Positions 16,681 through 25,278 of a stretch of DNA of 27,119 nucleotides are shown one piece after another (within the stretch, counting starts at the first letter, position 1; the number at the start of each line of letters is the position of its first letter). The DNA is from Candidatus Woesearchaeota archaeon (GTDB lineage: Archaea; Nanobdellota; Nanobdellia; Woesearchaeales; JAGVZT01): NCBI GenBank assembly GCA_019323665.1, contig JAHWHA010000054.1, forward strand, positions 1 through 27,119, read 5' to 3'. The notes under the pieces were generated by a model that did no database searches, was not told the DNA's origin, and saw only the letters and a program-made list of their open reading frames with translations. Both the position numbers and the translations under genes were made by a program.

Positions 16681-17250
16681 CTACAGTTCTTTCAAGAATT
16701 TTCTATTCTCATAGTCTTGAAGGTCTTGTTCGAGTTTCTCCATGGTTATCTTCTCTTCAGCCATCTCAAAGTTAGCTTGTGTGAACCATTTTGGTGGCTC
16801 TGCTTCTCCTCTCTCTTTCTTGACGCTATCAATCCATCCAAGACCTTCATACAATCTCTCCAAATCTTTTGGATAGCATACTATCTGTTTGCCGAACCTA
16901 CTGAAATACTCTCTCCATCTCAAGCCAATAGTGTATTTATCAAGAACATTCTTAACCCTGACATGGTCAATCTTGGTAAAATCACCATAGCACTTAATCA
17001 GCTTTTTATTGCTTTCTACAAGCGGAACTGCACAACGCTCGCAGAGCATATCCTCATGGATTTCCCTAACTTCCATAGATGGTGGATATAATGTGATTGT
17101 GGCTTCTTTACGTAATCTATCCCAATCATTGCATTTGGGACAAATCAGAGCCTTGAACTTTATTAGCTTGACCCTGAACTTTATCTCAAACTCCACATGC
17201 TCATCTTTGTAGCTGAACTTTGCTATCTCTGGATAATATGCTTTGCCCAT
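16681..17250 (-). CDS. Hypothetical Zn-binding protein (189 aa)
   Basis: CPKC and CERC motifs; GAGGA RBS. Confidence 0.75.
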   Translation of the reverse strand: MGKAYYPEIAKFSYKDEHVEFEIKFRVKLIKFKALICPKCNDWDRLRKEATITLYPPSMEVREIHEDMLCERCAVPLVESNKKLIKCYGDFTKIDHVRVKNVLDKYTIGLRWREYFSRFGKQIVCYPKDLERLYEGLGWIDSVKKERGEAEPPKWFTQANFEMAEEKITMEKLEQDLQDYENRKFLKEL

Positions 17251-17261
17251 CTTTAATCCTC

Positions 17262-17843
17262 CTATTTTCTCAACTTAAAACTCACGTTCTTTTTGCTGTT
17301 CCAACAGAACTTGCACTTATAGCATTTAGAGTCACAGACATAACTATCTGTCTCCTTGACATGGTGCATGTGCTTGTTAGGATGTTCGCCCTCATCAAAG
17401 ATATTTGCTGTAAGGCTGAGTGTTGGATTAGTCTTTTTGGTAGTCTTGTCTGTGCTTTGATATATGATAAAGTTTTCACACCTATCACTGAAATCTATTG
17501 TTATGTTTCTTGTAAACGCCAGAAACTTAACATCTGGATTAGCCTTGGCTATCTGGTTCCATTTCTCATAATACTCTTGGCTATAGAAATCGCCTGAAGA
17601 ATGGAGCCTCACATACTTGCAATCTAAATATATAATCTGGGCATTCATCCGCTTAACAAAGTCATCTTGTTTAGACTCAACGAGATTGTTGCCAAAGCAC
17701 TTAACCACATTCTCATATCGGAAATGGCCTTTCTTGGCATAGCAATATTTGCTGCACAACTCCGTCCTGCAAGAGCAGGTAGACCTTGGCAGATTAAAAT
17801 TGTATATAGCTTCGCCTAACTTGCTGTTCCCATTCTTTAGCAT
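17262..17843 (-). CDS. GP88-family phage protein (Cys-rich, probably Fe-S binding)
   Basis: GNSKLG..FNLP..TC.....CSKYCYAKKG, VRLHSSGDF, FLAFTR, C-terminal C..C..CW. Confidence 0.8.
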   Translation of the reverse strand: MLKNGNSKLGEAIYNFNLPRSTCSCRTELCSKYCYAKKGHFRYENVVKCFGNNLVESKQDDFVKRMNAQIIYLDCKYVRLHSSGDFYSQEYYEKWNQIAKANPDVKFLAFTRNITIDFSDRCENFIIYQSTDKTTKKTNPTLSLTANIFDEGEHPNKHMHHVKETDSYVCDSKCYKCKFCWNSKKNVSFKLRK

Positions 17844-17860
17844 TTTCATCACCCGTAGGA

Positions 17861-17930
17861 TTGTTGTGGGGAGGAGAATTCACTAGTTTTTGAGGCAACA
17901 AATGAGCAAACTAACCTCCCCATTTCAACA
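17861..17930 (-). repeat. Bulged-hairpin element, copy 2
   Basis: TGTTG-AAA-TGGGGAGG...CCTCCCCA-CAACAA; flanks shared with 14507-14586. Confidence 0.65.
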
Positions 17931-17931
17931 C

Positions 17932-18207
17932 CTATAATTTTCTAATCATCTTTTGAGCGTCAAGTTCTTCATCTGTGAGTTCTTTCCTCATTTGCAGTTC
18001 CTTTAATAATTTATCAAAACCATCTCTGGCTTTGGTTAGGTGCATACTTGCACATTTATAACAGAAATACCCCGAGCCCGAATGGGTATATTTAAAATCA
18101 TAATATTTTCTAACTTTCAAAACTCCCTCACCCTTTATTATTGGAGCACCGCAGCAGATACACTTTGCTCTGGAACTGACGGCCGTTATTGGTTGCTGTA
18201 TATTCAT
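17932..18207 (-). CDS. PARP-type zinc-finger-like protein
   Basis: SSRAKCICCGAPIIKGE...FCYKC; AAGGTGAG RBS. Confidence 0.65.
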   Translation of the reverse strand: MNIQQPITAVSSRAKCICCGAPIIKGEGVLKVRKYYDFKYTHSGSGYFCYKCASMHLTKARDGFDKLLKELQMRKELTDEELDAQKMIRKL

Positions 18208-18212
18208 TTCAC

Positions 18213-18461
18213 TCACCTTCTTAGCATTTCTTTATAATTATCATATGCCTTTTGAAAATCAGCTTTCTTTACTTTCAAGCCTAGCCCAGCAATCCCAATT
18301 ACAACAATCTCCTTGTTGTTAATGTCAGGCTCAATCAAAAGCTGGTCATTCCCTTTAACCTCAACTATTGGGCAATTCTTATCTATCCAATCCTCCTCAG
18401 GGATGATGTTATCATACCCAAAATGCAGCTCATATTCATAGTCAGTCATTACATATTCCAT
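18213..18461 (-). CDS. Hypothetical protein (82 aa)
   Basis: ORF track; GGAGGT RBS. Confidence 0.7.
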   Translation of the reverse strand: MEYVMTDYEYELHFGYDNIIPEEDWIDKNCPIVEVKGNDQLLIEPDINNKEIVVIGIAGLGLKVKKADFQKAYDNYKEMLRR

Positions 18462-18470
18462 TTTAACCTC

Positions 18471-18938
18471 CTACAGATTTTCCATAAACAAAATCTCTTC
18501 ATAGTATTCCTTCTTATCTTCTTCATCTTTTCCATCTATTCTCATCTTAAACTTAAACACATCTAATGGGTCCCAAGTTGACCACATCATCTGTCCTGAA
18601 TGGATTACTGTGCCTTTATCTGTGAACTCTACCCATCCAGCTTCATCATCAGTCTCAAAATTCCATCTAACATAGCCTTTGAGATATTTGCCCAAGCAAT
18701 GCAGAAAAACAGTATTGGGGGTATACCAATAACTTATGAGTTTCATTTCAGTCCAAGACTCAAATGTGAAGTTAGTTTCCTTACCACACTCAACCAGTAG
18801 GCTATCCTCCTCATAAATCTTCCACCACCATTTCTCTTTGCCATACTTGTCTTTCCAAACTTTTAGAAAGTTCTTTAGTCCTTCAAGGTCTTTTATCTCA
18901 ATATCCTCCTCATCTACAAAGTAAGAATACATTCCCAT
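18471..18938 (-). CDS. Hypothetical protein (155 aa)
   Basis: Start MGMYSYF after GGAGGGA RBS. Confidence 0.75.
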   Translation of the reverse strand: MGMYSYFVDEEDIEIKDLEGLKNFLKVWKDKYGKEKWWWKIYEEDSLLVECGKETNFTFESWTEMKLISYWYTPNTVFLHCLGKYLKGYVRWNFETDDEAGWVEFTDKGTVIHSGQMMWSTWDPLDVFKFKMRIDGKDEEDKKEYYEEILFMENL

Positions 18939-18939
18939 T

Positions 18940-19137
18940 TCAATCCCTCCTAACCACACAATGCCAATACCCAAAATACACAGAATCAAATTCATCAGAT
19001 GTTAAGTTTAAGTCACTTAATCTTAATCCATCTTGAATTTCAATTGCATTTGCAAACATCCAAAAAAGGTATCTTCCCCACTCATCCCTCCTTGCCTTAA
19101 GGGCATAATATTCTTTTTTGAAACTATCAAAACTCAT
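18940..19137 (-). CDS. Hypothetical protein (65 aa)
   Basis: ORF track; abuts upstream stop. Confidence 0.6.
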   Translation of the reverse strand: MSFDSFKKEYYALKARRDEWGRYLFWMFANAIEIQDGLRLSDLNLTSDEFDSVYFGYWHCVVRRD

Positions 19138-20352
19138 TTACAACGCCCCCAATAGTTTATAATTTCTCAAGAGCTCAAACATCTTGGATTTTTCTATTCC
19201 ATAATCATTAAGCATAAGTGTTTTATAAGTAGGATAAGTAATAGTCATCTTCGTGTTTGTGTGGCGTAGATTAAACAGGCTCTTCAATTGCTTCCAATCA
19301 AATACTCTGCTGTGGTCGGCTATCTCAAGTTTGAACTTGTCCTTGCTTACAGGGACAATAGTGACTGGCAATTGGATATCCTCAACATCCATATTCTCAT
19401 TGCCACAGAAATTCATCTTGGTTACACCAAGGGTATTATAAAGTGTGATGGACGAGTCTTTGGTCAAATCTTTAGCGTTTCTCATAATAGTCAGAATATT
19501 TGATTTAGCTACAGCTACCCCATTAATTGTAGAGTTAAAATTCTCATAATGGATTTTGGCACTCTTCTCCGGATTATGCTTATCCACAAACTCTATATCC
19601 TTGACACCAATCTCCATAAGTTTACTAATCTGTGTAAACTTATCCATAGAAGAGAATGTGCCCCAGTTACCATTTACGTCTCGAAAAGAGAGGAGTCTGT
19701 TGTAAGGTTGGTCAATCTTTATGGAATAGTCAGTACAATCCAACATATCGCCTTTAAATGTTGTAGTAGGATTTCCATAGTCAGATTTACATATGAACTC
19801 TCCCTTGTTACTCCACTCCTTCTCAAAATCAACCTCCACTTCCTTCACTTTTTTATGTTCAATCTCTCTCTGCTTCTCCTTTCTGAGTCGTTCTGCTTCA
19901 TTGATTTCAGTGATTCTTTTGGCTTTCGCTTTAAAACCAGCCAGAGTTATTTTAGAGTCGGTTTTTAGAATCTCGGCAACTATCTTATCACTATCATGAT
20001 AACCCAAGTCATCCTTACCATCATATTCCATGATATCATCATCGACTTCTACACAATCCAAAGTGCTAGCATATCTCCCCCCCACCCCTTTTGTTAATAG
20101 AAGCTGGCCTTCAATGAGCTTGTTTGATGTTCTGCTCATTTGATAGTCCCTATCTTTGGATTTAATGATAGTTAGCCCGCCCTCTTTGTGGATGACAATT
20201 CCTTCAGTATAGTCCCAAAAAGTTACCAAATCATTAAAGTCATTAAGCTTCTTCTCTTTTTTGGACTCATCCTTTACATTAATCTCCTTCAAAAGTTCAA
20301 ACTCTATTTTTTCAATAGAGTAAGCGACCTTGTCTATTTTCAATTGCTCCAT
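19138..20352 (-). CDS. Hypothetical protein (404 aa)
   Basis: Long ORF; GGAGGT RBS; no motif recognised. Confidence 0.8.
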   Translation of the reverse strand: MEQLKIDKVAYSIEKIEFELLKEINVKDESKKEKKLNDFNDLVTFWDYTEGIVIHKEGGLTIIKSKDRDYQMSRTSNKLIEGQLLLTKGVGGRYASTLDCVEVDDDIMEYDGKDDLGYHDSDKIVAEILKTDSKITLAGFKAKAKRITEINEAERLRKEKQREIEHKKVKEVEVDFEKEWSNKGEFICKSDYGNPTTTFKGDMLDCTDYSIKIDQPYNRLLSFRDVNGNWGTFSSMDKFTQISKLMEIGVKDIEFVDKHNPEKSAKIHYENFNSTINGVAVAKSNILTIMRNAKDLTKDSSITLYNTLGVTKMNFCGNENMDVEDIQLPVTIVPVSKDKFKLEIADHSRVFDWKQLKSLFNLRHTNTKMTITYPTYKTLMLNDYGIEKSKMFELLRNYKLLGAL

Positions 20353-20387
20353 AGTTATACCTCCAGTCAGTCGCTAATCGCTAACGG

Positions 20388-21683
20388 CTAACTAATTCTT
20401 ATCACCTCTCCATAGTCTTCCAAGTCTCTTGACGGAACACTATGCTTAGATAAGGCTATAAGCTTCTTGCATTTGATATCTGGGAATACCCTCTGGATAT
20501 CAGAATATCCGTCAGTCAAGCTGATAAGTAATTTGCAGTCTGGCTTGTTCTCATCTATCCACTCCTTGACAAACCTGTGTGATGTGCCTCCACCCCCCCT
20601 TATCTTAAGGTTAAGCACCTTGGAGATATTCCCATTATTAACCTCATAATGGTCTTGGAGTTTGGCATCACCAACCAACAAATCCATACTCACATTATTA
20701 AAGGATTTAGTTATCCCAACAATCTCGGATAAGAAATCCTTCAAGTCATCCTCATTGATGCTTCCTGAGCTGTCTATGTGAGTAACCACATGGATGTTCT
20801 CTTTTGTGGTAGAAGGCAAATAAGCACCGATAGAATAAGATTTTTTGTGTGGCTTACTCCAAGTGAAATCACTAACAATATCATTAGTGATAAACCTATA
20901 AAGCCTATGCCTCCAACTCACTTTGGTATTCAGCAAGTCATCTACTAACCTATCCATCCCTGCAGGCATCTCTCCTCTCTGTCTGGCTACTTGTGCAGCT
21001 TCAGCGAGAGCCTGCCTCCATTTATCCTGCACTTTCTGCATCTCATCGTTTGTCAGCTTTTTATAGCCTGCCTTATCCTGTCCCTCATTATCGCCTTTAT
21101 CGTTGTAGTCATGCTTGTCCCATCTACGCTTGTCAGCCTTGTCAATCGCATCTTGGTTCTGTTGTTGACCTTGTCCACCACCCCTTCCTTGACTGCCTCC
21201 TTGACTGCCTTGTGGTGGCTTGAAATAAGAGTTAATCTCATCATAGATATCCTCAAAAGTCTTCTTGTCGATATCAGTAATGGTTAGCCCACCAATCCTA
21301 AACGAATGGTCATAATTTGGGATTAAACCATCTTTTGGCAAGATTATCCTATTTCTTGTAAGGATATCATTCACCTTTAGGTCAGCAGCTATGTTGGTTA
21401 TCTGTGGGTTCTCTCCAGCTCTGGCAAGATGTTCTGCCATCACATGTGTAACCTCATGGCACAAGATACCTTCAACTTCCTCGTGGCTCTTCTCCAAGAT
21501 ATAGTCAGGATTGAACACAAGATTACCACTTGCATCCACTCCGACTCCAGCATAGGGGGGCAGGTCGGTCCTTTCCGTCATTTTCATCTGCATCACCAGA
21601 TAAGAAAAAAAGGGATGTTTAGCTTGGAGCTGAACCTTTGCCCTTAATAACTTATCTTTAGCAGTCCACTCTTCCTCGTCCAT
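20388..21683 (-). CDS. HExxH metallopeptidase-like plus vWA domain protein (DUF2201-type)
   Basis: LCHEVTH; Q/G-rich linker; MIDAS IDSSGS, GGGGTS, LTDGY. Confidence 0.9.
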   Translation of the reverse strand: MDEEEWTAKDKLLRAKVQLQAKHPFFSYLVMQMKMTERTDLPPYAGVGVDASGNLVFNPDYILEKSHEEVEGILCHEVTHVMAEHLARAGENPQITNIAADLKVNDILTRNRIILPKDGLIPNYDHSFRIGGLTITDIDKKTFEDIYDEINSYFKPPQGSQGGSQGRGGGQGQQQNQDAIDKADKRRWDKHDYNDKGDNEGQDKAGYKKLTNDEMQKVQDKWRQALAEAAQVARQRGEMPAGMDRLVDDLLNTKVSWRHRLYRFITNDIVSDFTWSKPHKKSYSIGAYLPSTTKENIHVVTHIDSSGSINEDDLKDFLSEIVGITKSFNNVSMDLLVGDAKLQDHYEVNNGNISKVLNLKIRGGGGTSHRFVKEWIDENKPDCKLLISLTDGYSDIQRVFPDIKCKKLIALSKHSVPSRDLEDYGEVIRIS

Positions 21684-21702
21684 TTTGACCTCCCAAGTTT
21701 GC

Positions 21703-22827
21703 TTATATCACAAACTTGCTGTATTTCTGAGCAATGTCCTTGAAGTTCTTGCACTTCGGCATATTGGTTAAGAAATGCTTCTTATCCTGTCTCTTTAGCA
21801 TTCTCAATAGAGAAGCACTAAAGTCTGGCTCTACATGCATAGTCAAATCAACTGCCTTTTCCAGAATCTTCTTATCTGCCCTATACTTTTCAGATACAGC
21901 AGAAATCAAGCACCAAGTCATCTGCAAATCTAACTGCTTGGCTTGCTCCGGATGGTCTAAGATTTTATCCAAGTCGATTTTCTCTTTCAGCTTGAGCCAT
22001 GCCGAGAACTCTCCAGCCACTGCATCACCCACACATTCACTTGCAAACATCTTTAAATCGTCATTGTCGGTTATTCCTTCTATCTGGATTGATAAAAATT
22101 CCCATGACCTCGGAGTTGCAAATGCCTGTGATTCATACTGAGTTATCTTATTTAGGTCTGCCATAAGGTGGACAGGCCTAAACTGCAGATAGGCTATAAT
22201 CCTATCATCTACTCCGGCTTCTATTGCCCAATCAACCCATTCCTTAATGTCAGGCACCATCAAAGTAATATGGCAAAACCTGTTCATCAAAGCTAAAGCC
22301 ATTCCATTCACATTCGACTTATCATCCTGTGCATTGCCTGCAGCATAGATTGCTATATCTGGGCTTAAGGCTATCTCTCCGATGCACTTATCCAGAATTA
22401 TCTGGTATGCCTGTGCCTGCACTGAGCCGAATGCTTGGTTCATCTCATCAAAGAACAATAGCCCCATAGCACCTTCTGAACTAAGATACCTGAACAGCAG
22501 AGCTGCTTTCCATTCAACATACTCTTGTGCAGAGAATATTGTTGGCAGCCCTTTCATGTCCTCTGGCGATTGGATAGCCATTCGCACATCAACAAAGCAG
22601 AAATGCTTCTTGCGTAACTCAGCATCCTTGACAAGTTGTCTTTTGAACTCGTCAGTGGCTTTATTCCACTCAAAGAATTCCCTGCCTTCTTTTGCTGCTG
22701 TATCTATGCCAAACTGCTTGAGATGCTGGCTTTTGCCTATCCCGATTGTTCCTGTGATGAACAACGGAATCTTTGTCTGATAGTGTCTCTGGATTGACCT
22801 TCTCAATCTTGTATGGTTCACTTTCAT
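21703..22827 (-). CDS. MoxR-like AAA+ ATPase
   Basis: GTIGIGKS, LFFDEMNQA, AAGN, ALMNRF, ATPRSW; adjacent to vWA gene. Confidence 0.9.
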   Translation of the reverse strand: MKVNHTRLRRSIQRHYQTKIPLFITGTIGIGKSQHLKQFGIDTAAKEGREFFEWNKATDEFKRQLVKDAELRKKHFCFVDVRMAIQSPEDMKGLPTIFSAQEYVEWKAALLFRYLSSEGAMGLLFFDEMNQAFGSVQAQAYQIILDKCIGEIALSPDIAIYAAGNAQDDKSNVNGMALALMNRFCHITLMVPDIKEWVDWAIEAGVDDRIIAYLQFRPVHLMADLNKITQYESQAFATPRSWEFLSIQIEGITDNDDLKMFASECVGDAVAGEFSAWLKLKEKIDLDKILDHPEQAKQLDLQMTWCLISAVSEKYRADKKILEKAVDLTMHVEPDFSASLLRMLKRQDKKHFLTNMPKCKNFKDIAQKYSKFVI

Positions 22828-22955
22828 TTTCTCCTTTACCTCCTTCTTGTTTATTAGTGGTGATTAGGATGGGGGGATTTTGGTAGAGATTCCCCCTCAA
22901 CTCTATGTATAAAGTCATTTTATGGCAGTATGGGTATCCCAGTTGACTCCTGACT

Positions 22956-23585
22956 TTATAACCTATTGAGCATAATCTGTCCTTTGAGTTCCGCCATTAT
23001 TCCATCTGGGAAGTTTGAGCTTATAAGAATCTCACTCTCATCATTCTCCCCCTTCTTGAACTCTTCAAATTTGGAAATAAGATATTCTGCCTCAGTCTTA
23101 TGAAACTTGTCAGTATAGGAAGGTTGGCTTTCAGGCCTCAATCTGCCATTCTTAAATCTTGTAATCCTGTATTTGGTTACCCAGTCAGCTTCCTCACCTT
23201 TGTAGTTTTTCCAGATATTTTTGATAGCAAATTCTGCTACAACTGGTCTCTCATAACTATTTTTGGCTTTCTCAATAGTCTCCATATCTATCTCCTTATC
23301 CACAACATACTTGTTATTCATAATAGCATCCAGAGCCCTCTTAACATCAATCTCACTGAACCCTGCATAGTTATATTTTGAGAACGGATATTTAGCAGCA
23401 AAAGAATAAGCCTTCAACCTATTGTCTCGTAGCTTGATAACAATTATCGCACAGTTGTAACCTATCCCATAAGCTACACAAGGCTTATCCAGATGTTCTT
23501 TAATAGTTCTGGACTCTCCAAACTTGATAGAGACAAAATCATTATATCCAGTAACAATTTTCATTATCTCTTTTGGCGTTTTCAT
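22956..23585 (-). CDS. Hypothetical protein (209 aa)
   Basis: ORF track; abuts ligase stop. Confidence 0.75.
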   Translation of the reverse strand: MKTPKEIMKIVTGYNDFVSIKFGESRTIKEHLDKPCVAYGIGYNCAIIVIKLRDNRLKAYSFAAKYPFSKYNYAGFSEIDVKRALDAIMNNKYVVDKEIDMETIEKAKNSYERPVVAEFAIKNIWKNYKGEEADWVTKYRITRFKNGRLRPESQPSYTDKFHKTEAEYLISKFEEFKKGENDESEILISSNFPDGIMAELKGQIMLNRL

Positions 23586-24374
23586 TTAACTCACCTGTCC
23601 TTTAACCTTTGTTGGTTGTATCAATCTATCCCCAACTATATCCAGATACTTCACTTTCTGGATAGAGCCGTTCTCCACCCCAAACACTCCAGCAAGTTGT
23701 GCTTCGACATTAATCTCTTGACCTTCAATCTCTACTTTGCCATATATCTTTGTGCCTTTCTCGTTCTGCTCTGTTTGGTCAACTTGCACATCAACCATCT
23801 TGTAGTTCTTGAGTTTGAGAAATCTCTTGCTTCGGGCAAACTCATAAGGAGCATCTGGCTCTTTAATCACTACACCCTCAAGGTTCTTGGACTCCACTTC
23901 TTTCCAAAGCTCAACCCCGTTATCAAAGTTTTTAGCAACCTTTATCCTATCTGACTCTTGTATCTTTGTCAAGAACTCGTGCCTTTTATGATAAGGTGTA
24001 TGGATTAATATTTCACCATCAACCCGTAGAGCATCAAACACAACAATAGTTGCTGGATGCTCTTTTAAAACCTTATCTGAAGGTTTACTCCTTCTTTGGT
24101 CTATACCACCATAGAAAACTGACTTGCCATTCTTGAACACACAAATCTCTGCATCCAATATAGCAACCTTATATGGCAGTTCCAAATCCTTGAGTTCTGG
24201 AAAGCAGTAAAGGATTGGGTTGTTGCTTCTGTTCCTTATCCCAACCACTTTCCCACCCTTGACATGAATAAGAGCTCTGATGCCGTTGAATTTCTTTTGA
24301 TAAATCAAACCCTGTTTTTCAAGGATTGACTTGTCAGAAACTTCTGTCAAAAGCATCGCTTTTATTTCTGTCAT
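23586..24374 (-). CDS. ATP-dependent DNA ligase, LigD/LigC ligase-module type
   Basis: Motif I KFNGIR, FPEL, LDAEI, VFDAL..DG, EGVVIK, Y...RS..LKLK; short C-terminal domain; GGAGGT RBS. Confidence 0.9.
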   Translation of the reverse strand: MTEIKAMLLTEVSDKSILEKQGLIYQKKFNGIRALIHVKGGKVVGIRNRSNNPILYCFPELKDLELPYKVAILDAEICVFKNGKSVFYGGIDQRRSKPSDKVLKEHPATIVVFDALRVDGEILIHTPYHKRHEFLTKIQESDRIKVAKNFDNGVELWKEVESKNLEGVVIKEPDAPYEFARSKRFLKLKNYKMVDVQVDQTEQNEKGTKIYGKVEIEGQEINVEAQLAGVFGVENGSIQKVKYLDIVGDRLIQPTKVKGQVS

Positions 24375-24385
24375 ATTCATACCTC

Positions 24386-24505
24386 CTAACCCCATTCAGC
24401 TCCACAATCAACACATTCAGGAATAATATCATAATCGCCATCATCATAATATTGTTTCCTGTAAGTGATTGGTTGCCCACAATTGGGACACAAATGTTCT
24501 CCCAT
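24386..24505 (-). CDS. Zn-ribbon microprotein (39 aa)
   Basis: MGEHLCPNCGQPITYRKQYYDDGDYDIIPECVDCGAEWG; fills the gap between the Ku-like gene and the ligase. Confidence 0.65.
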   Translation of the reverse strand: MGEHLCPNCGQPITYRKQYYDDGDYDIIPECVDCGAEWG

Positions 24506-24506
24506 T

Positions 24507-25091
24507 TTACTCCAAAGAAGCCATCGCCTTCAATAGCTGTTTCATATTCTGTTTAGGAATAGTGTCAATTTTAAGTTCCACAGTTTCCTCAGAATATTTC
24601 TCCAACTCTGCCTTGATATCTCCAATACAGCCAACCAATATCAACTGTCCATTTCTACTGGTCAATATGCCTTTGTAGATTTTCCAGCCATTCCCTGCTA
24701 CAAACGGAAATTCTAAAGCCTTGCCTTTCTCAAGAACAAGTTGCTTTATCCTGTCGTCATCTGTAACCACATTATAGAGTTTCCTCTCCAGAGCCCTTTC
24801 AACAAGCTCTGGGTCTTCGCATATGCTGATGTCATCTTTTGACACTTCTTTGGTAGGATTGAATTTTGGCAAGATTAGTTCTTGTCCTTCAATCTCTATC
24901 CTCTTGCATACCTGACTTCTTGGAACTTCTATGCCATCTTGGTTAAAGTAGCCTGTTCTGGCTCGTTCACCAATCATCTTGTATGAGAGAGAGTTACCTG
25001 CAGTATCTACCATCTCATACTCTGGCTCTGTGGTGTTTATGGGAGTAATCATAATCTTCCCATAGCCTTCCAAAGTTATGCTTTTTGCCAT
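24507..25091 (-). CDS. Divergent Ku-like DNA end-binding protein (194 aa)
   Basis: GIEVPRSQVCKRIEIEG, TKEV, ERKLYNV, LEKGKALEFPFV and ILTSRNGQLIL align by eye, in order, with prokaryotic Ku core segments; upstream of LigD-type ligase. Confidence 0.6.
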   Translation of the reverse strand: MAKSITLEGYGKIMITPINTTEPEYEMVDTAGNSLSYKMIGERARTGYFNQDGIEVPRSQVCKRIEIEGQELILPKFNPTKEVSKDDISICEDPELVERALERKLYNVVTDDDRIKQLVLEKGKALEFPFVAGNGWKIYKGILTSRNGQLILVGCIGDIKAELEKYSEETVELKIDTIPKQNMKQLLKAMASLE

Positions 25092-25113
25092 CTTCCTTTT
25101 ACCCCCTTCCTGT

Positions 25114-25269
25114 TTATTGAGTATCTTTGAATATGCTCTTGTGGACATCATCAGCGAAGATGTTCCCTTCATACCTGCCATCTATATATACTTTCATATA
25201 TATTGAAGGCAAGATGTCAGAAGCCACAAGAGTGATAACTCTGTCGCCATCCTTTAGGTCTATCCTCAT
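25114..25269 (-). CDS. Hypothetical microprotein (51 aa)
   Basis: MRIDLKDGDRVITLVASDILPSIYMKVYIDGRYEGNIFADDVHKSIFKDTQ; fills the gap. Confidence 0.5.
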   Translation of the reverse strand: MRIDLKDGDRVITLVASDILPSIYMKVYIDGRYEGNIFADDVHKSIFKDTQ

Positions 25270-25278
25270 TCTAACCAC

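Noticed and set aside
20371..20393. Three GCTAA units at 7-nt period
   Set aside because: Too short and degenerate to support a function
21160..21215. CTTGACTGCCT repeat
   Set aside because: Encodes the Q/G-rich linker of the vWA protein
22869..22902. G6/C5 hairpin as a third copy of the bulged-hairpin element
   Set aside because: Shares only GTTGA and G/C runs; lacks the CCCCACAACAA flank and the long loop; probably an ordinary stem-loop
25092..25181. N-terminal extension of the Ku-like ORF and apparent TATA box at about 25185
   Set aside because: The RBS supports the ATG at 25091, and the region is better explained by the 25114..25269 ORF
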